A stretch of 64,000 bases of DNA from positions 156,240,001 to 156,304,000 of the forward strand of contig NC_135881.1 in assembly GCF_964194155.1 (NCBI RefSeq), written 5' to 3'. A program made the translations under genes and the position numbers. Below are positions 13,360 through 26,190 of this stretch, one piece after another; the stretch's first letter is position 1, and each line of letters starts with the position of its first letter. The DNA is from Cetorhinus maximus. Taxonomy: Eukaryota. Under the pieces are notes generated by a model. It was not told the origin of the DNA. It saw nothing but the letters and a program-made list of their open reading frames with translations, and made no database searches.

Positions 13360-14900
13360 CTTAAGGCACTGATAGCGCAAAGGCTATGGGCCCTGACAAT
13401 ATTCCAGCAGTAGTACTGAAGATTTGTGCTCCAGAACTTGCCGTACCCCTAGCCAAGCTGTTCCAGTACAGCTACAACACTGGCACCTACCCGGCTATGT
13501 GGAAAATTGCCCAGGTATGTCCTGTACACAAAAAGCAGGACAAATCCAACCCAGCCAATTACCGCACCATCAGTCCACTCTCAGTCATCAGCAAAGTAAT
13601 GGAAGGGGTCATCAATAATGCTATCAAGCGGCACTTGCTTAGCAATAACTTACTCACTAATGCCCAGTTTGGGTTCCACCGGGGCCACTCGGCTCCTGAC
13701 CTTGGTTCAAACATGGACAAAAGACCTGAACTCCCAAGGTGAGGGGTGAGAATAACTGCCCTTGACATCAAGGCCGCATTTGACCGAGTGTGGCATCAAG
13801 GAGCCCTGGCAAAACTGAAGTCAATGGGAATCAGGGGGAAAACTCTCCACTGGTTGGAGTGAAACCTAGCACAAAGGAAGATGGCTGCGGTTGTTGGAGG
13901 CCAGTCATCTCAGCTCCAGGACATCACTGCTGGAGTTCCTCAGGGTAGTGTCCTCAGCCCAACCATCTTCAGCTGCTTCAATGATCTTCCTGCCATCATA
14001 AGATCAGAAGTGGGGATGTTTGCTGATGATTGCACAATGTTCAGCACCATTCGCGACTCCTCAGATACAGAAGCAGCCCATGTCCAAATGCAGCAAGACT
14101 TGGGCTGACAAGTGGCAAGCAACATTCGCACCACACAAGTGTCAGGCAATGACCATCTCCAACAAAGAGAATCCAACCATCACTCCTTGATGTTCAATAG
14201 CATTACCATCGCTGAATCCCCCACTATCAACATCGTGGGGATTACTATTGACCAGAAACTGAACTGGACTAGCCATATGAATACTGTGGCTTCAAGAGGA
14301 GGTCAGAGGCTAGGAATCCTGTGACAAGTAACTCACCTTCCGACTTCCCAAAGCCTGTCCACCATCTACAAGGTACAAGTCAGGAGTGTGATGGAATACC
14401 CCCCATTTGCCTGGATGAGTGCAACTTCCACAACACTCAAGAAGCTTGACACCATCCAGGACAAAGCAGTCCGCTTAATTGGCACCACATCCACAAACAT
14501 TCGCGCCCTCACCACTGACACACAGTGTGTACCATCTACAAGATGCACTGCAGGAATTCACCAAGGATCCTCCAACAGCACCTTCCAAACCCACGACCAC
14601 TGCTATCTAGAAGGACAAGGGCGGCAGATAGATTGGAACATCACCACACCTCCCTGTCCATCATCACCATTCCCCTCCAAGCTACTCACCATCCTGACTT
14701 GGAAATATATCGCTGTTCCTTCACTGTCGCTGGGTCAAAATCCTGGAACTTCCTTCCTAACAGCACTGTGGGTGTACCTACACCACAGGGACTGCAGCGA
14801 TTCAAGAAGGCAGTTCACCACCACCTTATGGACAACTAAGGATGGGCAATAAATATTGGCCCAGCCAGCGAAACCCACATCCTGTGAATTAATTTTTTAA
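13360..14900 (+). mobile_element. L2/Crack-like (CR1-group) LINE, RT and 3' end, frameshifted
   Basis: GPDNIPAVVLK...NYRTIS, GVPQGSVLSP, MFADD; tail gatgggcaataaat...cccacatcc; splits a CR1 tail (13290-13345 and 14905 onward). Confidence 0.85.
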
Positions 14901-14904
14901 AAAT

Positions 14905-15375
14905 CAAGTCAGTCCCATTCCCCAGTTCTATACCCATTGCTCTTAAGTTTATTGCCCTCGAGTGTCCATCCAATTTCCTACTGAAGTCATTTTCTCCACT
15001 CCCACCACCCTCGTGGGCAGCGAATTCCAGACCATTGCAAGTAAAAACGTGCTTGCTCATATCAGACCTGCACCCCCCTCCCTCCCCCGCATCCAAAACC
15101 TTAAATCTTTTACCCCTGGTTCTTCTACATCAGCTAATGGGAACAGCTTTTCTGTGTCTACCTTATCTAAACTAGTCATAATCTTGTACACTTCTTTCAA
15201 ATATCCCTGCTTCAAGAACAACCTAAGATTCTCCAACCTAACCTTGTACCCAAAATCCCTTATTCCTGGAACCATTCTGGTAAATCTCTTCAAAGACCCT
15301 CCCGTCCTTCCTAAAGTGCAGTGATCAGAACTTGACACAACATTCCAATGGTGGCCTAACCAGAGCTTTATAAAA
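14905..15375 (-). mobile_element. Degenerate CR1 3' fragment
   Basis: RFTRMVPGIRDFGY and EVYKIMTSLDKVDTEKLFPLA in the minus-strand ORF. Confidence 0.85.
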
Positions 15376-15377
15376 GC

Positions 15378-16260
15378 GCGAGGTAGGTTTTGAGGGCCTG
15401 TCTCAGTAAACAAAGGAAATTCCAGAGCTTTGGAGATTAGGTGGATGGACACCAGTGGTGGGGCAAATGGACTGATGGATATGCAGGAGATCAAAGTTTG
15501 GGAAATGCAGAGCTTTTTGAAACGTTGTTGGGTTAGAAGATAATGGACAGAGTCTTGTTGAGGCAGCAGAGGTCTCATCTGGTGGCTCTTTTCAGGATGG
15601 TCCAGCAAATCACAAGCCAATCAAGCAGTGGTGAGGCCAGCGGTTAGCCCTGGAATCAAGATCCCACGGGCTGAAGTCTCACCTACCGACAGCTGCCAGC
15701 CAACTAGAAGCCAGCAGCTCTTGTGCTCGGCAACCCACTGGGGAGGCTGTGGCTGCTGTGGGAAGGACAGGAACTGGAATCCCAGGATCTGAGAGCTACC
15801 ACAAGTAAGTAACATGGTTTAGCAGGGTGGCGGTCGCAGAGAGAGAGGTGCAGGGGGCTGACTCTCAGTGGGCTCCCCCCTTCCCAGTGTTCAGTCCCTT
15901 GATCAGGTACTGAGTGCCTTTGCTTGAGGGACCACACCCAGGATGTGACAAGCTGGCTGCATAGTCTTAGCTGCCAGCATAGTCTTAGCTGCCATGCACA
16001 CTGCATGGCGACATGCCCGCCTGCAGCTGGGTTAATACCAGCAGCAGTAGGATCAGTAGGATGAGGGCCTTAAGTGCTATTGGCCATTTAAGAACCTCAA
16101 TTGGCGGCAGGGCAGGAAGTTGTCCATGGGCCTTCACACCCATAACTTAACTCTGGCAGAGGTAGGAAGATGGCGGGGTTCAGGTACGCCACCATCTCAC
16201 CTGATTAAAGACTCTTCCTGCCTCCAAGCTCGCCACTAGAGAGAACAGAAAATTCCGCCC
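15378..16260. mobile_element. Non-autonomous Harbinger-like element
   Basis: GC-rich non-coding block ending gaaaattccgccc, matching the Harbinger TIR seen at 54802-54815. Confidence 0.55.
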
Positions 16261-16299
16261 AATGACAGGCAAGCTGGGATTTGAATGAATAATAATTTT

Positions 16300-16530
16300 T
16301 AAATTAGAGGCAATAGAGGTAAAAGTGTCAGCGAGCACCATGCGGTGGGCGAGTGGGCCTTAATGCAGATTGGGATATGGTAGGACGGTTTTGAATGAGC
16401 TCAGGTTTATGGATGGTGGAGGATGAGAAGTTGGCCACAAGAGCATGCTGATTAGGTCTGAAGGTGATAAAAGCATGAGTGAGGTTTAGGCAGGGGTGGA
16501 GATGGGCAGCGTTTTTGATGCAGAAGATAC
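16300..16530 (-). mobile_element. L2 LINE fragment
   Basis: LHPCL..THAFITFR...STIHKPELIQN is the decayed L2 HAFITSRLDY...LQLIQN region. Confidence 0.75.
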
Positions 16531-17277
16531 GGGGGTGAATTTTACAGGGCACAGCCCTGCCCTCATCTTGCAGCTAATAGGTTTGGGAGGGTGGGGGTGT
16601 GGGAAAGATGAACACCAACTGCTCTCTCCACACACACACACCCCCCCCCCCCCCACCCTACCCAACCCCAATGATCTCGATGGCTGCTCCACAGCAATTT
16701 AATGTTGGGAGCAGCATTAATTGATTTAAGGCAAGTCTTCCCCCCTCTCTCAGAAGGAAGTCCAATTGGATGGCCAGCAGCTCTGTAGTCCCAGCAATGC
16801 CAGTCAGGAGAAGTGACCATGCGTGGAACTACACACAATCCCACCACACAGAGGAGCCCAGCTAAATCCAGGATTGGGGGGTCACCACCAGGATGAGGAT
16901 GGAGTAAGGCCAGGTTCAAGAGGCTGGATGGAGGGTAAAGTGAGGGGGGGGGGGGGGGGGGGGGGCACATGATCTTGGGAAAGGGTAGGGTCCCTCTGAT
17001 GTGCCCAAGAGGCCCGCAAAAGGAGATTTCCCCCTACCTTGGCAGACATCAGCCTGTACAGTTAAAGCTGCCAGGCTTACCACATGGCATAGGCCTACCC
17101 CCATCGTGGGTAAAATATTAGTGTGGATAGGATGAGGCCCTTAAGTGGCCAATAAGAGGCAGGCAGGTAGGCAGGCTGCATGAAGGTTCCACCACACCCC
17201 CCTCGCCCCCCGACCCCGGAGGTTTACATGCTCCCTGCCTACAAACCCGCCAGTGCCCAAAGAGTCAAATCAGGTGC
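16531..17277. mobile_element. Non-autonomous Harbinger-like element
   Basis: Begins gggggtgaattttac (TIR-like) and shares taggatgaggcccttaagtg with the 15378-16260 element. Confidence 0.5.
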
Positions 17278-17392
17278 CAAAATTACAAAGATAAAAACAA
17301 AAAACTGTGGATGCTGGAAATCCAAAACAAAAACAGAAACAGAAATACTTGGAAAAACTCAGCAGGTCTGGCAGCATCGGCGGAGAGGAGTA

Positions 17393-17433
17393 CAGTTGAC
17401 GTTTCGAGTCCTCATGACCCTTCAACAGAACTA
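17393..17433 (-). ncRNA. Minimal type I hammerhead ribozyme, CUGUUGA core variant
   Basis: tagtt-CTGTTGA-A-GGGTC-atgag-GACTC-GAA-ACGT-C-aactg; stems I and II pair and stem III is the ACGT palindrome. Confidence 0.8.
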
Positions 17434-17797
17434 AGTAAAATTAGGAAAGGGGTGAAATATAAGCTGGTTTAAGGGGTGGGTAGTTGGGACACGCAGCCAG
17501 TGATAGGAGGAGATAACCAAAATCTGTCACAGACAAAAGAACAAAGAGGTGTTGAAGGTGGTGATATTATCTAAAGGAATGCGCTAATTAAGAGTATAAG
17601 ACAGGACAGATAAGGTACAGATAGCTCTAGTGGGGGTGGGGGAATACTAAAAGGTAGAAATAAACAATGGTGGAAATACATTTAAAATTAGTGGAAATAG
17701 GTGGGAAAAGAAAAAAATCTATATAAATTATTGGAAAAAACAAAAAGGAAAAAGGAGGGGGAAGAAACAGGAAGGGGGTGGGGATGGAGGAGAGAGT

Positions 17798-18505
17798 TCA
17801 AGATCTAAAATTGTTGAACTCAATATTCAGTCCGGAAGGCTGTAAAGTGCCTAGTCGGAAGATGAGGTGCTGTTCCTCCAGTTTGCGTTGAGCTTCATTG
17901 GAACAATGCAGCAAGCCAAGGGCAGACATGTGGGCAAGAGAGCAGGGTGGAGTGTTAAAATGGCAAGCGACAGGGAAGTCTGGGTCATTCTTGCGGACGA
18001 ACCGAAGGTGTTCTGCAAAGCGGTCACCCAGTCTGCGTTTGGTCTCTCCAATGTAGAGGAAACCACATTGGGAGCAACGAATGCAGTAGACTAAGTTGGG
18101 GGAAGTGCAAGTGAAATGCTGCTTCACTTGAAAGGAGTGTTTGGGCCCTTGGGCGGCGAGGAGAGAGGAAGTGAAAGGGCAGGTGTTGCATCTTCTGCGT
18201 TTGCATGGGAAGGTGCCGTGGGAGGGGGTTGAGGTGTAGGGGGTGATGGAGTAGTGGACCAGGTTGTCACGGAGGAAATGATCCCTACGGAATGCCGCCA
18301 GGGTGGGTGAAGGGAAGATGTGTTTGGTGGTGGCATCATGCTGGAGTTGGCGGAAATGGCGGAGGATGGTCCTTTGAATGCGGAGGCTGGTGGGGTGATA
18401 AGTGAGGACAAGGGGGACCCTATCATGTTTCTGGGAGGGAAGAGAGGGCGTGAGGGCGGATGCGCGGGAGATGGGCCGGACACGGTTGAGGGCCCTGTCA
18501 ACTAC
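17798..18505 (-). pseudogene. PLE ORF C-terminus: Cys-rich linker and GIY-YIG endonuclease, RT missing
   Basis: GTFPCKRRRCNTCPF linker; NLVYCIRCSQCGFLYIGETKRRLGDRFAEH...HFN...H; uninterrupted frame. Confidence 0.92.
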
Positions 18506-18904
18506 CATTCAACAATTTTAGATCTTGAACTCTCTCCTCCATCCCCACTCCCTTCCCGTTTCTTCCCCCTCCTTTTTCCTTTTTGTTTTTTCCAATAATT
18601 TATATAGATTTTTTCTTTTCCCACCTATTTCCACTAATTTTAAATAAATCATTGTTTATTTCTACCTTTTAGTATTCCCCCACCCCCACTAGAGCTATCT
18701 GTACCTTATCTGTCCTGTCTTATACTCTTAATTAGCACATTCCTTTAGATAATATCACCACCTTCAACACCTCTTTGTTCTTTTGTCTGTGACAGATTTT
18801 GGTTATCTCCTCCTATCACTGGCTGCTTGTCCCAACCCCCCACCCCACCCCCCACCCCCCAACCCTTAAACCAGCTTATATTTCACCCCTTTCCTAATTT
18901 TACT

Positions 18905-18945
18905 TAGTTCTGTTGAAGGGTCATGAGGACTCGAAACGTCAACTG
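18905..18945 (+). ncRNA. Minimal type I hammerhead ribozyme, CUGUUGA core variant (second pLTR arm)
   Basis: Same motif as 17393-17433 on the opposite strand. Confidence 0.8.
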
Positions 18946-19049
18946 TACTCTTCTCCGCCGATGCCGCCAGACCTGCTGAGTTTTTCCAAGTATTTCTGTT
19001 TCTGTTTTTGTCAAAATTACAAGTACGCTGATTCCACCTGTGGCATTGG

Positions 19050-21890
19050 CCAAGAAGGGGGGGGATGGAATCAACTATAAAGATCGAGAGTTTGCAGAAG
19101 GGACAAAAAGTGTGGATTGATTTGGGGGGTGGGGTTCATGTGAGGGGAGATGGGAGATTTGGAAAGTTAAAGAGGAAGAACGAGGCAATAATGCAGGGTA
19201 GTGGCATGTGTAATGATAACCAGAGTGTGACAGTGGGACAGAACATACAAAGATAAAAGCACACCAGCAAATAAGTGCACTAGAATGGGAAAAATGGTAA
19301 AAAGACAGAATTAGAGGCTCTTTACCAGAATGCACAGAGCATTCATAACAAGATGGATGAATTGATAGCACAAATAGAAATAAATTAGTCTGATGATAGC
19401 CATTACAGAAACATAGTTGCAAAGTGACCACAACATTGAATATTCAAGGGTATCTGATAGTTTGGAAGGACAAGGAGGTGGGGGAGCCCAGTTAATAAAG
19501 GATGAGATCTGTACAGTAGTGAGAAATGATCTTGGTTCAAAGGATCAAGCTGTAGGATCAGTTTGGGCGGAGGTAAGAAATAATAAACAAAATAAAGTTG
19601 CTGATGGAATTAGTTAAAACGCCACCTGACAGGAACTGCACCATAGACATAGTATATATCAAGAAATAATGGGGACATGGGGACTTTTAAGAAAAGGTAC
19701 TGCAATAATTCTGGGTGATATTAATCTTCAGACAGATTGGACAAATGGAATTTGCAAAGGTATTCTGAAGGATGTCTTCAGAGAGTGTATTTGAGGATGT
19801 CTTAAAATACATTATGGAACCAACCAGGGAACAGGCTATTTTTAGACCTGGTAATGTGTAATGAGAAAGAGTTAATTAATTACCTCAAAAGGCTCCTCTA
19901 GGTAAGAGTGATCATAATGAATTTCACATTCAGTTTAATGGTGAGCTACGTGGTTCTGAAACTAGAGTCTTAAACTTAAATAAAAGGTAATTACAAGGAT
20001 ATCAAGGATGTGAAGACAGAGTTGGCCAAAGTGGATTGGAAAATACAATGGCAGGCAATTAAGGAGAAAATTCATAACTCTCAGCACAGGTATATTACAT
20101 TGAGAAAGAAATATTATAAAAAGGATGCACCATCTGTGGCTAACTAAGGAAGTTAAGGATGGTACCAAACCAAAAGCAAAGGTGTAGAATTCTGCAAAGA
20201 TTATTGATAGCCTAGAGGCTTGAGAAAACTTTAGAAACCAAAGGATGACCAAAAGAGAGAGAAATTAGAGTATGAGAAAAAAAACTAGCAAGCCATATAA
20301 AAACCAAGGCCGTAGAAATTCCTACAAGTACATAAAAAAGGGAAAAAAAAAGTTGAAAATCAGGGGCAGAAATGGAGGGAGGAACTTAAAACAATCACGA
20401 TTACTAGAGAGAAAAGAGTAGTGGGAATAAAGTACTGAGAAAACTAATGGAACTAAAGGCTGACAGGACCCCTAGACTTGATGGACTGCACCATAGGGTC
20501 CTAAAAGAGGTAACTACAGATGTAGCGGATGCCTTGGTTACAATCTCCCACAATTCCTTAGATTCTGATAAGGTCCCAACAGATTGGAAAACTGTAAATG
20601 TAACACCTCTATTCAAGAAAGCAGGAAATTTCAGGCCAGTTAGCCTACCATCTGTCATTGGGAAAATGCTAGAATCCATTATTAAGGAGATGGCAGCGGG
20701 ACATTTAGAAAATCTTAAAACAATCAGGCAGAGACAACTTGGTTTTGTTAAATGGAAACCGTGTTAGACAAACTTATTAGAGTTCTTTTGAGGGTGTAAC
20801 AAGCAGGGTAGATAAAGGCCAACCAGTAGATGTAGTGTATTCAGATTTCCAAAAAGCATTCAGTAAGGTGGCACATAGAAAGGTTACTGCACAAGATAAG
20901 AGCTCAGTGTTGGGAATGATACATTAAAATGGATAGCGGTTTGGCTAAACGGGAGGAGAGTCAGGATAAATGAATTATTTTCAGGTTGGCAAACTAATTT
21001 TTGGAGCGCCACAGGGATCAGTGTTGGGGCCTCAATTATTTGGATTTAAGGACTATTTTAGTCAAATTTGCTGATGACACAAAAGGTAGGTAGGAAAGCA
21101 AGTTGTGAGGAGGATACAAAGAGTCTACAAAGGGATATAGATAGGTTATATGAGTGAGCAAAAATTTGGCAGATGGAGTATAATGTGGGAAAATGTCAGA
21201 GTGCCCACTTCGGCAGAAGAATAGAAAAGCAAAATATTATTTTTAATGGAGTGAAAGTACAGAATGCTGTGGTACAGAGGGATCTGAGTGTCCTTGTACA
21301 TGAATCACAAAAGGTTACTATGCAGTTTCAGCAACTTATTAGGAAGGCAAATGGAATGCTGGCCTTTATTGCAGGGGTATAGAGTGCAAAAGTTGGGAAG
21401 TCTTGCTACAATTAGACAGGGCATTGGTGAGGCCGCACCTAGAGTAGTTTTGTTCTCCTCACTTGAGGAATATACTAGGCTGATTCCTGGGACAAAGGGC
21501 TTGTCTTATGAGGAATGATTGAGCAGAAAGGCCTGTACTTAGTTTAAAAGAATGAGGGGTGATCTTATTGAAACATAAGATTCTGAGGGGGCTTGACAGA
21601 GTAGATGCTGAGAAGATGTTTCCTCTCATGGGGGAAATCTAGAACTAGGAGACCAGTTTAAATATAAGGAGTCTCTGCCTTAAATGGCAGAGCTCTTGGA
21701 AGTTTCTTCCACAGAGAGCAGTGGAGGCTGGATCATTGAATGTATTCAAGACTGAGTTAGCAGGAGGTAAGCAGGAAAGGGGAGTTAAGGCAACAATCCA
21801 TTCAGTCATGATCTTATTGATTGACAGAGCAGGCTCAATGAGCCAATTAGCCTACTCCTGCTCCTATTTCTTATTATCTTATTTGTTTTT
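19050..21890 (+). mobile_element. Degenerate CR1 LINE (endonuclease to 3' tail)
   Basis: DWKTVNVTPLFKK.GNFRPVSL, KFADDTK, MEYNVGKC; many stops and frameshifts. Confidence 0.9.
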
Positions 21891-21909
21891 CCATTGTTTA
21901 ATTGGGGAA

Positions 21910-22790
21910 AATTGCAGGACTGTGTCAGAGAAGCAGGTTGACAACGCAGACAGTAGCCTAGAGTCATGTCTGCAAATGATATCATGAATTGACCACATGT
22001 AAATGAGGAAGCAAAGGAGGCCAGGGATAGATCCTTGGGAGACTTACAGATAACAGTACAAATATGGGAAGAGAAACAATTGTTGGAAATGCTTTGGCTG
22101 CCATTGGATACACAAAATTGGTGACTAAGTGAGGGCAGATTCACACAGCTGGATGACAAAGGTGAGGTTTTGGAGGAGGAGTTTGGGTGATGTATCAAAT
22201 GGCTGCAGGAAGGTTGAAGAGGATAAGATTTGTTAAAATAGTAGTCAGTTACATAAGATGCTATTATGACTTTAGTTAGGACCATGTAGCAGTCATACAG
22301 TTAATTGAAGAGATTCAAACAGGACATTGCCATCTAAATCTGTGCCCATCTTTGCCACAATGTCATATTCATGGTCTTTAGAGAAGAAAGCAAGAATGGA
22401 GATAGGACGGTACTTTAAGGACAGAGGGGTGGGTTTTTGACGGGATAATCAATGACAGCATTGAAAGGGAAGGAGACAGGATAGAGAATAATTTAGCTAG
22501 CATAGGAGCTAGGAAATGGAGCCAGCAATTGGGTCAAGGGAGTTGAAGATGTAACTCACGGATGGGATGAGGGGAGAAGGAAAAGAAACGAGTGAGGAGC
22601 TCAGGTTTAGAGAACATGTGAATGGAGGTTAAACTTGGAGATAATGGGAAAATACAAAACAGTCAGACAAATGCATGGTCTCAATCATGACAAGAAGCAC
22701 AAGAGCTCTTTGCACATGCTGGAGGTGAAAGTGGAGGGGGCATGAGAGAAGGGTTTTGGGAGACATTTGGTAGTGGAGAAAAGAGGTAAT
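21910..22790 (-). mobile_element. Old L2 LINE RT fragment
   Basis: Minus-strand ccccaaggatctatccctggcctcc (PQGSI.G motif) and other decayed L2-like blocks. Confidence 0.55.
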
Positions 22791-22849
22791 CACACTCTAG
22801 GCACATCTCTTACAATGCATTACAGCCAAGAGTCTTGAATGAAGTTCTC

Positions 22850-24670
22850 ACTCCCTGATGCCAGACCAAAGGTTCTAACAGAATAGTTACAAATAATTTT
22901 AGCTAGAGAAGAATAGCAAAAGCTGGGATCATATTGGGGCCAAATGCATAGGTAGAAATAGAACCGAGACTCTACAAAAGTAATTTCAGAAATTACAGAA
23001 AAGATTAATGAGAAGGGCCTCAGCAGTAGTAATTCCAAAATGACTCCTACCGCAGTGTGAATGTTAGTATAATAATACAAGATGGGTAAATGTATGATTG
23101 GAGAAATTAGGTATGATGTCCCAAATTCTTGGCACAGGGATGGCATGTACAGAAGAAAGCTTCACATGGACAGGGTTGGGACTATTATCTCACTGGAAGG
23201 ATATCTCCTGCAATGGGGATAGCTTTTAAATAGTATATCAGGAGAAAGCACAGCAACAAAATAATGAAGGTAGCAAAAAGGAAAACAAAAGCAGGAGTGT
23301 AGGGAAAAAAATAACACACAGATCAGAAGGAGGAAGGGTTAAAAAATAAAACTGCCAAACAAAGGCAGATTTTAGTTATATCTACACAAATGCCCAAAGT
23401 ATATTCTAAATAAAGCTGCTGAGCTAGAAGTGCAAATTGCTATGGCAAAGATGATATCATAGCTTTAAAAGTGGCGTGGCTTAGGCTAGGGCAGGATTGA
23501 AAGCCAAACATTGATTACAAGATATGTAAAAAGATAGGTTAGAGAAGAAAGGATGGTAATTAATGGAAGATTCCATTACAGTGCTAGAATATAAAAAGAG
23601 CATAGATAAAAAACAGAATCTATTTTGTTAGAGTTAAGGAATAAGGGAACTGTTAACCTTCTAAGAATTTATTATAGACTGCTGAACAATGGATTTGAAG
23701 TGGTGAGAAACGTGGACAGATCAGACAAAATTGCAAAGGGCAATAACAATGGGTTCTAATGAAATGTCATGGACCTGAAACTCGTTTTCTCTCCACAGAT
23801 ATTGCCCAACCTGCTGACTATTCCGTTTTTACTTCAGGTTTCCAGCATCAACAGTATTTTACTTCTGTAAGGAAGGAGGTAGGCTGGATCTAAATTTCAC
23901 AAGTGAGGTACAGTAAACTGGCAGATGTACAGGATCATCTAGAAAACAGTAGGGGCGAAATTCAACTTGAGCATGGATGCATTATGATGCATTGCATCTA
24001 CTAACCATTGTACATTCAGATAATTGAATATTGGACAGAATGTAAGAGGCAGAACAAAAGGTATGTATACCTTGTTAAAAATGAAATGGACTGCTTTAAG
24101 TTAAAGGGAGCCACCCCTGATAAATTGGAAAGAATTGACAAATAAGAGATTAGACAAACAAAAACTTTCAAGGCAGGAGATGATTAGGGTATAAACTAGA
24201 CATATTGCTTTAAGTAAAGATAATGCAGCAAAAACTAGGTACGAAGTTAAATGAAAATCAAAATTAGATTTGTCATATATTTTTCTTTTGCAAAGTACAA
24301 GAGACAATAATACAAAAGAAAATTGTTAGCACACTAAATATATAAATGGAAAGCAGAAAAGAAAAACCAGAAAGTCTTAAGGGGCAGTAAGAAAAAACTG
24401 TCAGAAAACAAAGAGAAAAGTAAAGGCTTTTCTAAACATCCAAATAAAAATTAGTGGTCAGGACCGGCAAGCGATGAAATGCAAATCTCTCAGATCATTA
24501 CAGAGATACTTGCCTTGGTTTTCACAGGATATTCTGATAATGGTAATGAAAAGGGACAGTGGGAGGTGGTGGAGCAATAAGATTGTATAGCAATAAATAA
24601 GGAAGTATGGTTGAAAAATTTGGTAGAAATCAAGAGCAGTGGTTAAAGGGTATTTTTCAACTAGATGGGT
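22850..24670 (+). mobile_element. Highly decayed CR1 relic with small insertions
   Basis: YTNAQS-like endonuclease start near 23380 and scattered ORF1 and ORF2 remnants. Confidence 0.55.
23752..23868 (+). mobile_element. Old PLE pLTR tail with decayed hammerhead
   Basis: ttCTAATGAaatgtcatggacctGAAAc followed by tctctccacagat...cctgctga...tttccagcatc. Confidence 0.6.
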
Positions 24671-25059
24671 TAAAACAGCATTGGCTCCACTTTACAAAAG
24701 ATTTTTAAACTGACCTTTCGTTAGCAGCTGCTGTTTAGACCACAGTGGCTGCTCTGAAAAATTTTCAGTCTGTTTTATGCCCACTGGGAGTGCCTGAACA
24801 ACCATGCAACCCAATTTTGGATAGGATGTCTTTCAGTTGTCCTTAAAGGGCGTAGGGCCTTGGTTCCAGAAATTGAGCTTTGTTGTGCTTGTTTTACACC
24901 TGTAAAACAGACAGAACGAGGTCCGGTTCTATCCCAACATCGTTATGGCATTTAACAGAAAATTAGATTTGGATAACACTGGTGCACCTACTCATCTGCA
25001 TATAGTTTGCACCTGGACAGGTTATGCCGTCTTTTTTCCCCAAGTTTGGGTTCAATAAA

Positions 25060-25065
25060 TTTATT
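25060..25065 (-). promoter_or_regulatory. Candidate polyadenylation signal of the minus-strand gene
   Basis: First minus-strand AATAAA I found downstream of the stop at 26028; no clear GU-rich element follows it. Confidence 0.3.
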
Positions 25066-26027
25066 TATAATGGCAAGTATAACTAAACAATTTTTGGCTC
25101 CAAACTCAATCACACAGTAAACCTTTGACTAAGGCAATGCCTGAACCATCGTGTAATGGACCAAAAAGATTCATTCGCACAAAGAGAGTTAGAAATCAAT
25201 GAATAACCAAGTTCGCCACAACTGTTATGAATTGTATTGTAAAATTAAAACATTGCTCATCCAGATCCTACATTATATTTCCAATGTTGACAAGACTTTT
25301 ATCCGAAGTCTTGTTGCTCATTAAACTGTGCAACAATAATTCTAAACATATTTCAACATCTCATGTACAGATTCTACTTTTATGTTTAAGTATTAAATCT
25401 ATAATAATACTCAATTTTTGTCTCTGGACTGTTTTGATTGAACAGTCAATTGGTACCTGGCTATCACACACTGAGACAAGGGGGGGAAGCCGAGAGAACT
25501 GAAGCACATGATGCACATGCAGCCGGTGGAGGGACGGTGGGGGGGTTTGGTGGACAGATATGTAGAAGGTAAGGGGAATCCAACAATAAAGTCAGCCTGG
25601 CTAGAAATTGCTTCTTTGAGGAGTATGATGGGATAGATTGGAAGGGGGAGGGGCGGGGGGGGGGGGGGAGATAGCATGGCATGTGATGGAGATGGCATGG
25701 AAGGGGTGGATGAGAAGATGGAATTGGTTGTGTGTGGCAAATTCAGGGACAGTTACTTGATACAAGTTATGTTAAAGCTACTGTTCATGCTAAAATGAAC
25801 ATTCACTAGATTTGAATGATAACATTTTAGAAAAGACATCAGGTGAATTAAAATACATCAACATTGATTCTATAGATGAAGATGATAAGTCTATACTCTC
25901 CAGAGTTTCTACACAGTCTAACTTCATTGGGCATGCCACCACACAAACTTAAGGCTCCAAGGAGCAATTATAAATTTTGCTACAAAACTGGAAGCCTAAA
26001 CAAGGATTTCGTTATGGAACAAGGTTG

Positions 26028-26190
26028 CTAGTTAGGAAGCCACTTTCTTCGACGATAGATGCTGAAAGTATAACAGGCAGATTTCAAAGAAACAGTGTTT
26101 ATTCCTCGAATAATATTGAGTCCATCAGATGTGAACTGCCTTTTCAACTCAGTTGGAAGCAGTTCCCAATTAGACATTCGTGTTCTATGA
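26028..26190 (-). CDS. Candidate terminal coding exon (HRTRMSNWELLPTELKRQFTSDGLNIIRGINTVSLKSACYTFSIYRRRKWLPN*)
   Basis: Strong acceptor ctttttttttacAG, phase 2 start, 53 open codons to TAG, four retained CGN Arg codons in CpG-depleted DNA. Confidence 0.65.

Larger units (their letters stand above)
17289..19011 (-). mobile_element. Young 5'-truncated Penelope-like element (Neptune-type) with inverted pLTRs
   Basis: Inverted arms 17328-17818 and 18508-19010; 11-bp TSD caaaattacaa at 17278-17288 and 19012-19022. Confidence 0.93.

Noticed and set aside
15959-15994. 18-bp tandem duplication gcatagtcttagctgcca
   Set aside because: Two copies inside a MITE; ordinary slippage
25644-25670. G-tracts with quadruplex potential (also about 2865-2897 and 16944-16965)
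   Set aside because: Simple homopolymer runs, mostly inside repeats, with no evidence of function
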